From a virus (taxonomy: Duplodnaviria > Caudoviricetes): a DNA stretch of 59,721 bases. Positions 1 to 11,034 of this stretch are shown one piece after another (the first letter of the stretch is position 1; the number at the start of each line of letters is the position of its first letter). The DNA is taken from the IMG/VR virus record IMGVR_UViG_3300037459_000161, positions 1 to 59,721 of that record; one strand, given 5' to 3'. The position numbers and the translations under genes were made by a program. The notes beneath the pieces were generated by a model. It made no database searches, had not been told where the DNA came from, and saw nothing but the letters and a program-made list of their open reading frames with translations.

Positions 1-127
1 AATATCAACTTCACCATTTTCTACAGCGACACTAAAATCGTCCGCCCTATCTTCCTTATCTCCTGTCGGTCTGTCTAGCTCCACTCGCCTATTCACTAAC
101 CTTCTTTGTGTACCTTCTGCGCTTTCT
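1..127. repeat. 127-bp terminal direct repeat (assembly overlap; genome circular or permuted, ~59,594 bp)
   Basis: 1-127 is identical to 59595-59721, and the terL reading frame continues across the junction. Confidence 0.97.
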
Positions 128-1335
128 TTACCACCGCTGCCCGGTTCTTGTTCTACTACTATCCATACCTTCTTACCATCTGCGTTACTTGTTTGCATTA
201 TGACTTGTTCACGCTTCCCACTACTCCATTGCCCTCTCCTAATATCGTCTATGAAATACTTCGACTTTCTCTCTTTACCGTTCTCGTCGAAAGTGCCATT
301 TTTCCTCGGTACTCTGTATCTTCCCATCCTTAACCCGACGGTATATGCCCCTCCACCCGCTGTACCTGCTTTGTCCCAAGATCGCCATCTCTTCTTTACA
401 TTCATTTCTCTAATTTCGTTTACATAGTTAATTTCATCTATCTTGAACATATTTCCTTCGCGCGCGCTAGGCTCTTGTTGCATTTGCCCCGCGTAGCCAT
501 AAGAGCCTAATGCGTGCTTCATATCTTGATTTGCTGTTTTTCCAACTCTATTCTTCCACAGTAATTCATCTTCCTTTGTTCTAGGATCTTCAAAACCGAT
601 CTCTGTAAAACACTTCTTTTTAACTCGAAATTCTAATGGTAATTTTAAATGTGTGTAATTGCCTTTTTCAATTACATGCCCACTTAAATCATATTGGTGA
701 CTACGCTGCATAATGATAACTTTGCCACCCGTCTCTGGATCGTTTAAACGAGTTGACATAGCTTCATCCCACCAAAGAATTGCATTTTTACGAACTACTT
801 CAGATTCAATTTCTACAATGTTGTGTGGATCATCTACGGTAATAATGTGGCCTCCCTCTCCCGTCACAGCCCCGCCAACCGACGTAGCAAGCCGATATCC
901 ACCGTCGGTGTTGTAGTAGCTCGACTTGACGTTTTGATCGCTGCTGAGAGCAATGTGGGGCCAGCGCTGTTTAAACCAAGTTGAATTAATTATCCTTCGT
1001 GATTTAACTGCGTCTCTAATTGCTAATTGATGGGCATATGAACTTGTTAACCATTGCATTCCTGGATTCTGTATCCAACTCCAAACAGGCCAAAACACAG
1101 AAATGATTAAAGACTTCATAAAACGCGGAGGTATATTTACAAGTAAGTTTCTAATTTCTCCGCTTTGTACTGCTTCGCAATGTTCGGCAATTGCTCCTAT
1201 ATGCCAGTTGTTTTTAAATTCTGTTTGTGGTTCTACTACATGCCAAGCTTGTTCAATAAAATTCACAAGATGCCGAGTTGCTAATTCCGTATCTATAGCA
1301 TCAGGCTGTTCTAGTAATTCCTCTACGGAGAGCAA
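1..1335 (-). CDS. terL: Terminase large subunit, N-terminal part (absent from the ORF track; continues across the junction to 59460; ~489 aa)
   Basis: TTG start at 1335 after an AGGGGAGGA RBS; reads MLSVEELLEQPDAIDTELATRHLVNFIEQAWHVVEP...NWHIGAIAEH...LLVNIPPRFMKS (terminase Walker A); in frame with the 59460-59690 ORF. Confidence 0.92.
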   Translation of the reverse strand, partial: MLSVEELLEQPDAIDTELATRHLVNFIEQAWHVVEPQTEFKNNWHIGAIAEHCEAVQSGEIRNLLVNIPPRFMKSLIISVFWPVWSWIQNPGMQWLTSSYAHQLAIRDAVKSRRIINSTWFKQRWPHIALSSDQNVKSSYYNTDGGYRLATSVGGAVTGEGGHIITVDDPHNIVEIESEVVRKNAILWWDEAMSTRLNDPETGGKVIIMQRSHQYDLSGHVIEKGNYTHLKLPLEFRVKKKCFTEIGFEDPRTKEDELLWKNRVGKTANQDMKHALGSYGYAGQMQQEPSAREGNMFKIDEINYVNEIREMNVKKRWRSWDKAGTAGGGAYTVGLRMGRYRVPRKNGTFDENGKERKSKYFIDDIRRGQWSSGKREQVIMQTSNADGKKVWIVVEQEPGSGGKESAEGTQRRLVNRRVELDRPTGDKEDRADDFSVAVENGEVDI

Positions 1336-1934
1336 GTAAAATCCTCCCCTTCAGTAAGTTCTAAAACTTCCTTCTCTGGTTCTTGTGAATTTGATTGAAT
1401 AAGTTCTAGTTGTTTACGTAGCTCTTTAATTGCTACGAGTTGTGCAGTGGGAATTTGTTTCAGTTCGAGTTTAAACGTTTCATCTTCTGTTGTATTGAGA
1501 TCAATAACAACTTTGTCACCATACCTACCTGGATTCATCTTTGACGCTAAGAACTTTCTAGCGTCAATTGACATTCGAGCAGATTCAATACTTCTTTGTT
1601 TTGCGTAAAACTCCGCGCGTTTTATTTCTGAGTAAGTTGCATCAATTGGTAAATTTTCAACTGCGCGTTCTGCTGCAAGTCTTGCAATGTCATCTACGTT
1701 ATCTGCAATCATGATGATATCATGTGCAAAAGAATCAGCTTGGTCTAATCTTGCGCGCGCGTACAAATTCGCCCAAGACCTTTCCGCCCCATTTTCACCA
1801 TTTGTCCAACGCCACACAGTTGTCGAAGTTGGCATATTTGGATCAAAACAAATTTGACGTAAAGTCTCGCCGTTTCTCAATCTTTCTAAAAGTTCATTAG
1901 CTAATGTCTTTTCAAACTGTATAGGTTTAGACAC
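1323..1934 (-). CDS. terS: Terminase small subunit
   Basis: GETLRQIC..MP...TVWRW...YARAR..QAD and 'IDARKFLASKMNPGRYGDK' match Sf6 gp1-like TerS; directly upstream of terL. Confidence 0.9.
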   Translation of the reverse strand: MSKPIQFEKTLANELLERLRNGETLRQICFDPNMPTSTTVWRWTNGENGAERSWANLYARARLDQADSFAHDIIMIADNVDDIARLAAERAVENLPIDATYSEIKRAEFYAKQRSIESARMSIDARKFLASKMNPGRYGDKVVIDLNTTEDETFKLELKQIPTAQLVAIKELRKQLELIQSNSQEPEKEVLELTEGEDFTCSP

Positions 1935-2005
1935 GCTATTTCCTCTTAGTTAGCTACATACAGCACGCTCTTATGTATGTCAATAATCTCAAAACATTTA
2001 CTCCT

Positions 2006-2383
2006 TTATATGTAAGTGGAAGCCCATTCTAAAAACACTTCTTTGTTTAAACGGATATACAATCCATCTACGCCTATCGTTTCAGACGAAATTAAAAATT
2101 CCCACTGTTTGTAGTTTTGTCGAAACATAACAACAGGTATATACAATTTACCCAATGCTTTAAATTTAACATGCACTGTATGAATTTGTATCCACCATGC
2201 ATTTAACGATAAAGTCTCTTGCCGTTTAAACTCCCAAATAAATGGCTTGCTAAATGCATCGGCCCCAAAGAAAGATTGATTGTGTATGCGAGCTACTTTA
2301 AATCGACTTCTATATAGATGTGTTGATAACCAATCGCAAGCTTCGTCTTCACCATCTTTACCTTTTTGTTTTCTGTTAACCAT
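2006..2383 (-). CDS. PD-(D/E)XK Holliday-junction-resolvase-like nuclease
   Basis: N-terminal KQKGKDGE, GAD...WEFKR, PVVMFRQN..W; likely start at MVNRKQ. Confidence 0.7.
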   Translation of the reverse strand: MVNRKQKGKDGEDEACDWLSTHLYRSRFKVARIHNQSFFGADAFSKPFIWEFKRQETLSLNAWWIQIHTVHVKFKALGKLYIPVVMFRQNYKQWEFLISSETIGVDGLYIRLNKEVFLEWASTYI

Positions 2384-3022
2384 TTTCACTTCTAACACAA
2401 TATTCACTACACAATATATTAAATGTATTTTTACTAGTAACAGTTACCCAACCTATGGGCATAACATCTAAAATATCTTGATATACGTCGTTAGTAATAA
2501 CAATTTCTTCTTTAACACAATTATCACATTTAAATTTTATCTCAACCATCGTATTCAACATGCTCCAAACCCCAAAGCATTGAACCAGAATCATTTCTAC
2601 CAAGTTCTATTTTATGTCCACTGTGCATAAACTCAAATTGAATAGCACGTACCATAATATCAACTCCAGCTTCTAAAGTATGTCTTTCATCTTGATGTAT
2701 TGAATAAATAATTTTCTCTTTACAATCGTGACATACAAACATAACTTTAATCATATTTGGTCCTCCTTCAGTGTATTTAACACTATTCGGTTTACAATAA
2801 ATTACTTCCCCATTTACAATCACTTTTGTAATTGCATCAGTAATCACTTTTCAACTTGCCTTTCATATAATTATGATATCCAATAACATGCGCAGCAGTC
2901 ATTTCTTTTTCAGTCGATTCTAATTCATCGAATTGCCAAGGTGGATAATAAACTTTCACTACGACATATTTTCCTTGTATCATTACGATTTTCTTCTCTT
3001 TATATACGCATTTTTCACACAT
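2376..3022 (-). CDS. Three small overlapping hypothetical proteins (2376-2603, 2542-2847, 2837-3022) with CxxC motifs
   Basis: Tightly packed co-directional ORFs with Cys pairs. Confidence 0.55.
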
Positions 3023-3069
3023 GATAACTTTTCCATATAATCATGAGAGTTTGATTAACATGCATAGTT

Positions 3070-3397
3070 TAACTACGCTTACTACGTCCTTACTACCATT
3101 TTACTACCACTTTACTACCTTACTTACTACCTATAACTATATAATATATATACATAATCTTGATTATTCACTCTGTTTTAGGCTTGACCCCGACCCCTCA
3201 AACTCACCCACTCTTTACCTACCCGACACCTACTCTTTACCTGCCCATTTGGCGATCGCCTCCGCACGCAGGCGGGGGTCTTTTCAAGATGCATTTCAAA
3301 TGCTCTATTTACAATTTAAAATCAAATACTTACGGGTAGTAAGAAACGTAGTAAAATGGTAGTAAATGGGTAGTAAACGGGTAGTAAATAGGTAGTA
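3070..3397. repeat. Two mirrored arrays of six TTACTAC/GTAGTA repeats with ~11-bp period; candidate origin or packaging site
   Basis: ACTAC at 3072, 3081, 3092, 3103, 3114, 3126; GTAGTA at 3336, 3348, 3359, 3370, 3381, 3392; lies in a gap between minus-strand genes. Confidence 0.85.
3320..3332 (+). promoter_or_regulatory. IHF consensus site
   Basis: AATCAAATACTTA matches WATCAANNNNTTR. Confidence 0.55.
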
Positions 3398-3407
3398 TTT
3401 TAAGTTA

Positions 3408-6328
3408 TCAAATGATGTTTATGAACCTTTTAGCAAAATTATATTCAACTTCAATTGTCTTAATTTCGCCAACTGAAGAGTGAAATTTTCCTATAATACC
3501 GCCAACCCATCTACCTTTTCCTCTAAATCTAAAATAAATACTAAGATGATTAGCATAGTTAAATGAAATCCAAACCTTTTGATTTTCGTTAAATCTATGT
3601 GTTTTTCTAGTTGATTTGAAATATTGTACTTTAATCATTTCAAGCATCTATCTTTTTCCATCCTTCATCATTTATTTGGTAATGCATACCATAACCAGGA
3701 CAACTAAATAATTCTCTATCCCAGTTAATTGTTGAATTCCAATTTAATGCGCTAAAATATTTTCCAGTTATCTTAATACGTCTACATTTACATAAAAATC
3801 CATTATGTTTATTCATGCAAAAAATTCCAAGTAGTAAACCATCACGATTTAGCACTTTGCGGTGTAAATTGGTTTCATGGTGGCACGTTGTACAGTCACT
3901 CATTATTTAAATATATATGTATAAGTATTCAAAACTAGCGTCATTAAATTGACCTTCTATACCAGCCAATTTGATTTTTGTACGCCAACTATGTTGTTCA
4001 ATATTTACCACTTCATAAACTTCTCCTACTCTACATTCTTTGCTAGGGTCGTCATTGTTACCCCAACTTGTTTGGTTTGAATCTGCTCCTAGAAATCTTA
4101 CTTTAATCATTCTATACAACTCACTTTCAAGTTTCTAACTCCCTGTTTTAATTCTAAACGCAAACCTTGCAATAAATGGGTCAAATTACAGGACGCCGCT
4201 GTTTCTCTACCCTGTTTAGTAAAATTTAAATCTTCAATATGTTGTGGTAATTGTATTTCAAGTATTTCTGCTAGCCATCCAGAGAAAAAATCATTTCTAG
4301 TCTCAATAATTATTTTCATCTTTTTCTCTTTTCCAATTTTTCTACCTTACCTTTCAAAAACACCATATCTGTTTTCAACAGTGTTACATCGTGTTGTAAT
4401 TGTTGCTCTGGCGTTCTACCTTCGTGAGTAACTTTAAAATAACACATACCGCAAATATAGAAATTACAAAATTCTAAACGTTGATGGAATTTATTCTTGC
4501 AAAAAATCGCAGGGTTCTTTTTTATTTGATGATATTTCCATTATTCCACCTATGTTAACGGGTTCTTTATTCACCATTTTATAAACACCAAACCAATTAT
4601 TCCAATTAAAAGTAGTGTTATACCAATTTCAATCATAGCCAAATATCCTTTGCTTGTTCTGCTTCTATTTCTTTGTGCTCTTTCCATCCGTCGTAAATTG
4701 ATTTAATAACTACCTTCATATTAATAAACCATATAGTATTCCTACGAGTAAAATAGTCAAAATCATCATGATCTTTTACAAAACCAACTCTTGATATTGG
4801 GAAGCACAATGGATCATCTTTTAATGAAATTTCACATTGATAAAATTCTGTATATTCATCACAGACTAATTTATATGTAGTATTTTTAAATTCAAAGTTT
4901 GTTTTAAAACTAACTTCCCCATCAAGTATTTCGTGAATCATTTGTGCTGAATTTCTTTCACTCATGCCAATCTGGATTCCTTTCTTTTGCAATTTTTGCG
5001 TATTTTTCAATCATTTCAAGTCCATCTTTTATATCTTCACTAATTAGTGTCAATTGATTTTCTTCATACCAAGCAACCATATTCCACGGTTCGTCATTTT
5101 CGTTAATAAGCATTAAATTGTAACTTTTTATATTATTGCCGCCAAATTTCTGTGCATAGGTATATGAAATTATTGCATCTGTATTACATTCAAAATGGCT
5201 CATACAACTCGGCATTACTTTATCAATTCTTACTCTTTGTCCTCTTAGGAATTTTTGTCCAGGTTGATCCTCTTGAATTGGCATTTGATGCATTACTTGT
5301 GCGTCTGCTAGCCTTACTGCGTATTCTTTCATTTAGATTCCTCTTCTGCTTCTATATTTTTAAGTTTTTGTGTAATAACATTTGCACATAAAACAACACT
5401 TTGTTGTAAATGTTTAAAATCTTCTTCATCTAATTCAAAACTAACCATTTTAACAAAAATCTCTGCCGCCAATTCTCGGCGGAATGCTTTTAGTGAATTG
5501 CTTCCGTTAGCCATTTTTAATCCTATATAAAATCTTTTTCTTGTGGTAGCCTACCAAATTTTTCAACCCACATATCTCCAAAAGTGCAGGCTGCCGAATG
5601 TCTAAACATAAATAAAATTTCATCATTCAGTATTTTATCAACAGATAGACAATCTGAATATGACATTTCTGGGTCTGTATTTGATTTAAAATTAACTTCG
5701 TAATGTTTTGGTTTTCCTGTTGATAATTCATAATGAACATGAATTCCTGTTATAGTAGCTTTCAAAGTTTTCATATTTAAAAATACATTCTCCAATTAAT
5801 TAAAATCAACCATAATCTGTGACAAAATTTACAAGTTATAGGGCCTATAAATAACAATACAACAAACCACCAATTTAAACATTCAAATAAATCAAATGCT
5901 TTACCCAAGCAAATACCAAATATTAAAACTTCTATAAAAACAAGACTATAGTTACGCATGTTTAAACGTAATTCCCATATTCACCGTAAACAATACGGTG
6001 TGCCCAATCCAACATAGTTTCTCCTGCATTTCTAGGTATCTTTTTATAGATTTAAATGTAATTTCAGATCTTTTTTCTCGTTTCATCATTTCTCTTAATT
6101 GTTTTCGTTGCATTTTTGCTCGTTCTCGTTCATGGCTATACATTTCTTCTCAGCCTTTCTCATTATGAATTTGCGTTCTTTTAACAACCATAAATAACCA
6201 GCTAATCCTTCATTAACTGGACGTTTTGCTCCTTCGATAAATACCTGCCTTGATTTTGGATGAAACACATAAACAACTCTTTGTAATAATGGTATATCTA
6301 CAATTAATCTACGCCTATCTATTTTCAT
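3408..6328 (-). CDS. Cluster of small hypothetical phage proteins (3408-3647, 3640-3903, 3907-4119, 4107-4319, 4633-5010, 4958-5332, 5329-5514, 5523-5795, 5777-5959, 5952-6143, 6095-6328)
   Basis: Contiguous, often stop/start-overlapping ORFs; no recognisable family. Confidence 0.6.
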
Positions 6329-6413
6329 TTATCACTTATTTTTACTCCGACGGGATTTTGATATTTACTATTCCTCACAAACAACCATTATTTCAACCCG
6401 ACCATCTAATTCT

Positions 6414-6827
6414 CTAATTCTCGTTGTTAATGAGAATCCCGAGTATTGGTTGGCCGGGCATTCCAAGAGGGATAGGTGTAGGTGTGGGCGTAGGAGTAGG
6501 ATCAGGATCTACAATAACAGAGAAATAAACTTTTTCAGATCGTGGTGACATTGGGCCTTGATTATTCATATCATCGAGAGCAGCAACTTGAACTTCAATA
6601 CGTTCACCATCAACACCAGTAATTGTTGCAGAGTTAATATCAACAATTTGTTCTGATTTCCAAGGTGGGGTATTATTTCGCAAAATTTGAACTACATAAT
6701 TTACAACTGGTCCAGTTGCTGGCGTCCAAATAAATGTTGCTTCTGTACCTATAACTGTGTTGCTGTCATCTTGCGCAAAAGCTGGAGTAGCCAGAAGCAG
6801 AAAAATAACTAGAATTATTCGTTTCAT
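6414..6827 (-). CDS. Secreted fibronectin-type-III-like protein with PT linker
   Basis: Signal peptide MKRIILVIFLLLATPAFA|Q; W..A.GPV..Y.V, 'VQVAALD....GP.S..S', PDPTPTPTPTP; AGGAGA RBS. Confidence 0.7.
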   Translation of the reverse strand: MKRIILVIFLLLATPAFAQDDSNTVIGTEATFIWTPATGPVVNYVVQILRNNTPPWKSEQIVDINSATITGVDGERIEVQVAALDDMNNQGPMSPRSEKVYFSVIVDPDPTPTPTPTPIPLGMPGQPILGILINNEN

Positions 6828-7073
6828 GATCTCTCCTTTATTTCTAAACCTACAATTGGTAAATCAACTTCAAATTCCTTACCACATATTTCATCTTCTT
6901 TTACTAACACAATTATGTAACCTTCTTTCTTTTTCTTACCATCCACTCATACAAACGAATAGCTGTTCTAATGACATTAGCAATTGAAGTTTCGCTTAAT
7001 CTATGTTTAAACGCCTCCAATTCTTTAAAAGCCATTTCTCCTAAATCAAATTGTACTCTCTTTAATTCCTGTT

Positions 7074-8768
7074 TCATTCTAACAACCTTTTGATATCTTG
7101 CTTTGCTAGTGGTTCGTCATCGTCGATCATTTGAATTACAGTTTGAATCTTTTTTAATTGTGTAATTGATTGTCTAATCATTTGTTTGTGTGCGCCTATT
7201 CTATACGAGACCATTTCAGTTTCTACCATATAGTTTAAACCATCAATAAGTTCGTCTAATTCAATCATTTATTTTTCTCTCTTTGAAATTATTACAAGCT
7301 GGTAAATAATTTGGTCCGTGTGGCGGATTAAGATGCTCAAAGTGTAATGCATAAGTGTAACCGCATTCACCGCAAATTGTTCCAATAGGAATTACAACTT
7401 CTGGTTGTATTTCTTTCTCTTTAAACTCACTACAAACTTGAAGTGCCACCCTTTTAGCTGGATAACTATCTACGTGATTTGAATATGTGTTACCACAAGT
7501 ATCGCAAATTGTTTCTGATTTTGGTGCTATTATGAAATTTATACTAATTTTTTCTCCAGGTTCAATATCCCCAATAGGAATTTTAAAACTTGAATCAAAA
7601 CAACTTGATTTTTCTGAATTACAGATACTGCAATTTGCAGCTACATTAGTATGTTCACACAATTCTGGTTCTTTTAATCTACTACGAAAATGTAAATCAG
7701 ATTTTGGTCTACCTACATATCCATTTTCATCAGCAGAAATTTCTTCTTCATTCATTTGTTCGACAATTTCTTTTACTACGTCATAGAATTCTGAAAATGG
7801 CATCCCTTTCGGTGGTTTAAGCCTAACTGTATAAAATTTAATTGGTGACAACAATTTAACAGTCATATTAACGACTATTTTGCCTTCTTCATAATTGCAT
7901 TCTACTTTGATTTCATTTGACAAGATGATCTACCCTCAGTTTCTTTTCCATTTTCATTTTTGCTCTTATAACTAATGCAACACTAGATAAACCAAATGCA
8001 ACACCAGCTAAGAAAGTCAATACATACCAAATCATGTTAATTCTCTAACTTTTTCTTCAAAATCACAGTTACATTTTGATCTACTATCTGATCTAACAGC
8101 ACAATGTAATGTGTGTTTCCCAAAACGCAAAAATGCGTCACGTAGGTTTAAACGGTGTTCATGCTCTGAAATTAGATCGCGTGCTATTTGTGTGATTTCT
8201 TTAGCTTCAAAAAGATCGCCAGCTATAAAATGTGAAACATCCTTAACTCTTTCTATTTTACTAATCACTATCACTCTCCAAATACTGTTTTAGTTTAATT
8301 AATGATAACCAAGTAAGCTCTATATCATTACGACGGTAAAGACCTTCACTAGTCAATTGTGAATCAACATCCCATTCTTTAATTATACTTTTGCATAGTC
8401 TTTCAAAATCTTTTATTTTCTTTTCAAGATCATTAAGACGTTTTACTGCTATATCTTCTGATATTACTTCATTTTCTTCATTATCATACATATAACCAAC
8501 TGAGGTTTCTCTATTGTATTCATATCTATTCGCCATTATCTCTCTCTAATTTACGCGCCGCGTCTCTAAGCATATTAGCAATTTTCATTTTTGGCCCCCA
8601 AAAAGTTACTGCACTTCTATCGTCATCTTCTGGTGTATCATGTAGTTTTTCAGATGAATCAAGATAAATTCTAATCCCAAAAAATACTTCACCTTCTTCA
8701 GTTTTCGTTCTTACTACTTCAAATGGTCTATCGTCGGCCAATTCTTCGGCATAAACATTAACTCTCAT
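7074..8768 (-). CDS. Hypothetical proteins (7074-7268, 7261-7923 with duplicated Cys/His motif, 8032-8274, 8261-8536, 8526-8768)
   Basis: Packed co-directional ORFs. Confidence 0.6.
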
Positions 8769-9003
8769 TATAACTATATCCCTTGATTATCCCTGCTCTA
8801 ACTGCAAACAAGGTTAGTTCTGATGATTTGTGTACATCAAGTCTATGTATCAAATTATTTCTATGTGAATCAATTGTTTTTGTAGTTGTACCGAGTATCA
8901 CACTTATTTCTTTACTTGATTTACCAATTGCAATAAAACCTAAAACCTGTTGTTGCCTAATTGATAATTTATCATATTTTTCCTTATCGTTTAAATTGCC
9001 CAT
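8758..9003 (-). CDS. Stand-alone LuxR/GerE-type HTH regulator
   Basis: LSIRQQQVLGFIAIGKSSKEIS..LG...KTIDSHRNNL..RLDV....EL..FAVRAGI. Confidence 0.9.
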   Translation of the reverse strand: MGNLNDKEKYDKLSIRQQQVLGFIAIGKSSKEISVILGTTTKTIDSHRNNLIHRLDVHKSSELTLFAVRAGIIKGYSYNES

Positions 9004-9670
9004 TAATTTATTAACTCCAATTTTGTAACCTTCTCTTCTTTTATCATACCAACTTTAATCAAAGTTTGTATAACAAAAATAACAGCTTGGCTTGATGCTT
9101 TTTCTGATTTAGAGACTTTTGAAAGTTTACCTTGCAATTCTTTTATTTCTTGTTTCATTTTTTCATTTTCTGCAAATAAGATTGTATATTTTAAAATAAC
9201 CCAATCAAGTCTTTCATTCGGTGACCGTTTTTTTAGATAGATTATTTCTTGAGGGTCAATCGGCATTTTCTTTAAGTTCTCCAGGAGTAATTTCAAATTC
9301 CCTTAAAACAATTTCAAGTTTTTCTGCTCTTAATTCTGATTCATTGAAATCAGAAGTAATATCAACGCAAGCTTCGCATCCATAACAGCGAAAAGTGTAA
9401 TACGCTATTCCATGATTTTCTCTACTAGTAGCAGCAATACACATCATTGTTTTTTTACAGACGGTGCAAATTAATATCATTTTCTTCTTTTCCGTGTTGT
9501 TTTATTGCTTCAACTAAAATTTCAACCTGTTCATTTGATTCCATCAAATCTCTTTCTAATTCGTCAATAACCTTTCCTGCAAATATAAATACTACGCAAA
9601 AACCAATAACAAAACCTACAAGTACTCCTGCAATTACTATATCAAGTGCATATGTTGTATCAAGCCACAT
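9003..9670 (-). CDS. Three small hypothetical proteins (9003-9296, 9256-9480, 9455-9670 with one TM helix)
   Basis: Packed ORFs. Confidence 0.55.
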
Positions 9671-10544
9671 TCTTTAAATACCACGGACCAACAGTTTGTG
9701 AAAAGCCCGAAGCATTTTTGTGTCCACCACCACCATATATTTTTGCAATTTCTGAAACATCAAAATCACCTTCGCTGCGTAATGAATATTGAAATTTACT
9801 ATCTGATTTTTGAAACCATGCCATTGCGTAATCAATTCTATCAACACGTTGCAAAATTTCATGACAGGTTTCACTAGCAAAAGTAAGTGGAGCATTTACA
9901 ATTCCAAGCCGATGTTCTTTTAGAACCATAAAATCCATTTCATCGGCGAGCAATTTAACCTGTTGTTGTGTATAACGTAGAATGTGTTCACCACGTTCAA
10001 TCATTACTGCCATCGGCCAATAATGGAAATTATCCCAGTTTTCAAATGTCATTTCGTAAGATGCCATATATGCATGAAAAGCTTTTGTTCCGCCATAATT
10101 GAATTGCCAAAGATCTCTATCCTCGACACATTCAATCCAATGCGGCATTACAATATTTTCTAAATCATTTACAGTTTGTTTTTTACTGTACACAGAACTA
10201 AAATATTCCCAAGCTAAACCTGCTCCAGAATGTTCAATATCAAAATGACAGAAATCAAGACCTTCACAATCTTTTTGAGCTGAAACATGATGGTCAAGAA
10301 CTTGAAAAGTTCCACCGATTTTTAACATTTGACCAATTTTAATCATTTGTTCTCTTGGATAACTAAAATCAAGAATAAAAACTGAATCTGCTTGTTTGAT
10401 TTCTTCCCAAGGTGGATCATTACCAAATACACCAGAATAAAATGTAATATCCGATTCTGGTCCTTGTAAAAATCTATTTGCAATCCAAGCCGATGTAAAA
10501 CCATCGTAACAATTACCATGATATATAATTAGATATTTATGCAT
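9660..10544 (-). CDS. DHH/DHHA1 phosphoesterase (NrnB/nanoRNase-like)
   Basis: YHGNCYDG, ILDFS, LDHH, SGAGLAW, VEDRDLW, SLRS, GGGGHKNASGF. Confidence 0.9.
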   Translation of the reverse strand: MHKYLIIYHGNCYDGFTSAWIANRFLQGPESDITFYSGVFGNDPPWEEIKQADSVFILDFSYPREQMIKIGQMLKIGGTFQVLDHHVSAQKDCEGLDFCHFDIEHSGAGLAWEYFSSVYSKKQTVNDLENIVMPHWIECVEDRDLWQFNYGGTKAFHAYMASYEMTFENWDNFHYWPMAVMIERGEHILRYTQQQVKLLADEMDFMVLKEHRLGIVNAPLTFASETCHEILQRVDRIDYAMAWFQKSDSKFQYSLRSEGDFDVSEIAKIYGGGGHKNASGFSQTVGPWYLKNVA

Positions 10545-10562
10545 TATTTTACCCCTTCTTAT

Positions 10563-10703
10563 TCAAACTACTTTTTCGCCGCCACATTCTGGACAAACTC
10601 CAGAACCACCGCAATCTTCACATTCATCGTCGAATGTTTCTACGCATTTTAAACAATTTCCTGTCGCCTTACATGCTTCACAAGGAACTTCTTTCTTCGG
10701 CAT
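10563..10703 (-). CDS. 46-aa DnaJ-type zinc-finger miniprotein (not in ORF track)
   Basis: MPKKEVPCEACKATGNCLKCVETFDDECEDCGGSGVCPECGGEKVV; four CxxC motifs. Confidence 0.65.
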   Translation of the reverse strand: MPKKEVPCEACKATGNCLKCVETFDDECEDCGGSGVCPECGGEKVV

Positions 10704-11034
10704 TTATTTGTTCCTTTAATTTTTCTGCGTCATTTGGAGAACATATAATTGTGTTTCCATTCATTATATATGGTCCCATCGGTATAAATTTGTAATTCTC
10801 TTTTCGCTTTCTCCACTTCTTTCTAATTCTCTTTGTCTTTGATTTTGGGAAACGAAATTGAATTGATTTTTGCAAGTAATTACTAACGATTACTTTCATT
10901 CCACCAAAATTAACAAGAGAGTCAATAATACTAGGTTTGTAAGATGGGAAATTAATCGGTAACCCATTTCCAGTTGTAAATGTATTCATTTTTCCATAGG
11001 CGTCTAGAATAGTTTGTTTTGTACATACACTCAT
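10678..11034 (-). CDS. Hypothetical phage protein
   Basis: Basic FRFPKSKTKRIRKKW segment; coupled to the primase stop. Confidence 0.65.
   Translation of the reverse strand: MSVCTKQTILDAYGKMNTFTTGNGLPINFPSYKPSIIDSLVNFGGMKVIVSNYLQKSIQFRFPKSKTKRIRKKWRKRKENYKFIPMGPYIMNGNTIICSPNDAEKLKEQINAEERSSL

Noticed and set aside
1-127. Biological terminal repeat
   Set aside because: 127 bp is a typical assembler k-mer overlap, and it falls inside terL
106-1339. Plus-strand ORFs in the track
   Set aside because: Antisense shadows of terL; the same applies to most short opposite-strand ORFs elsewhere
3021-3362. 113-aa plus-strand ORF
   Set aside because: Low-complexity translation of the repeat region, opposite to all neighbouring genes
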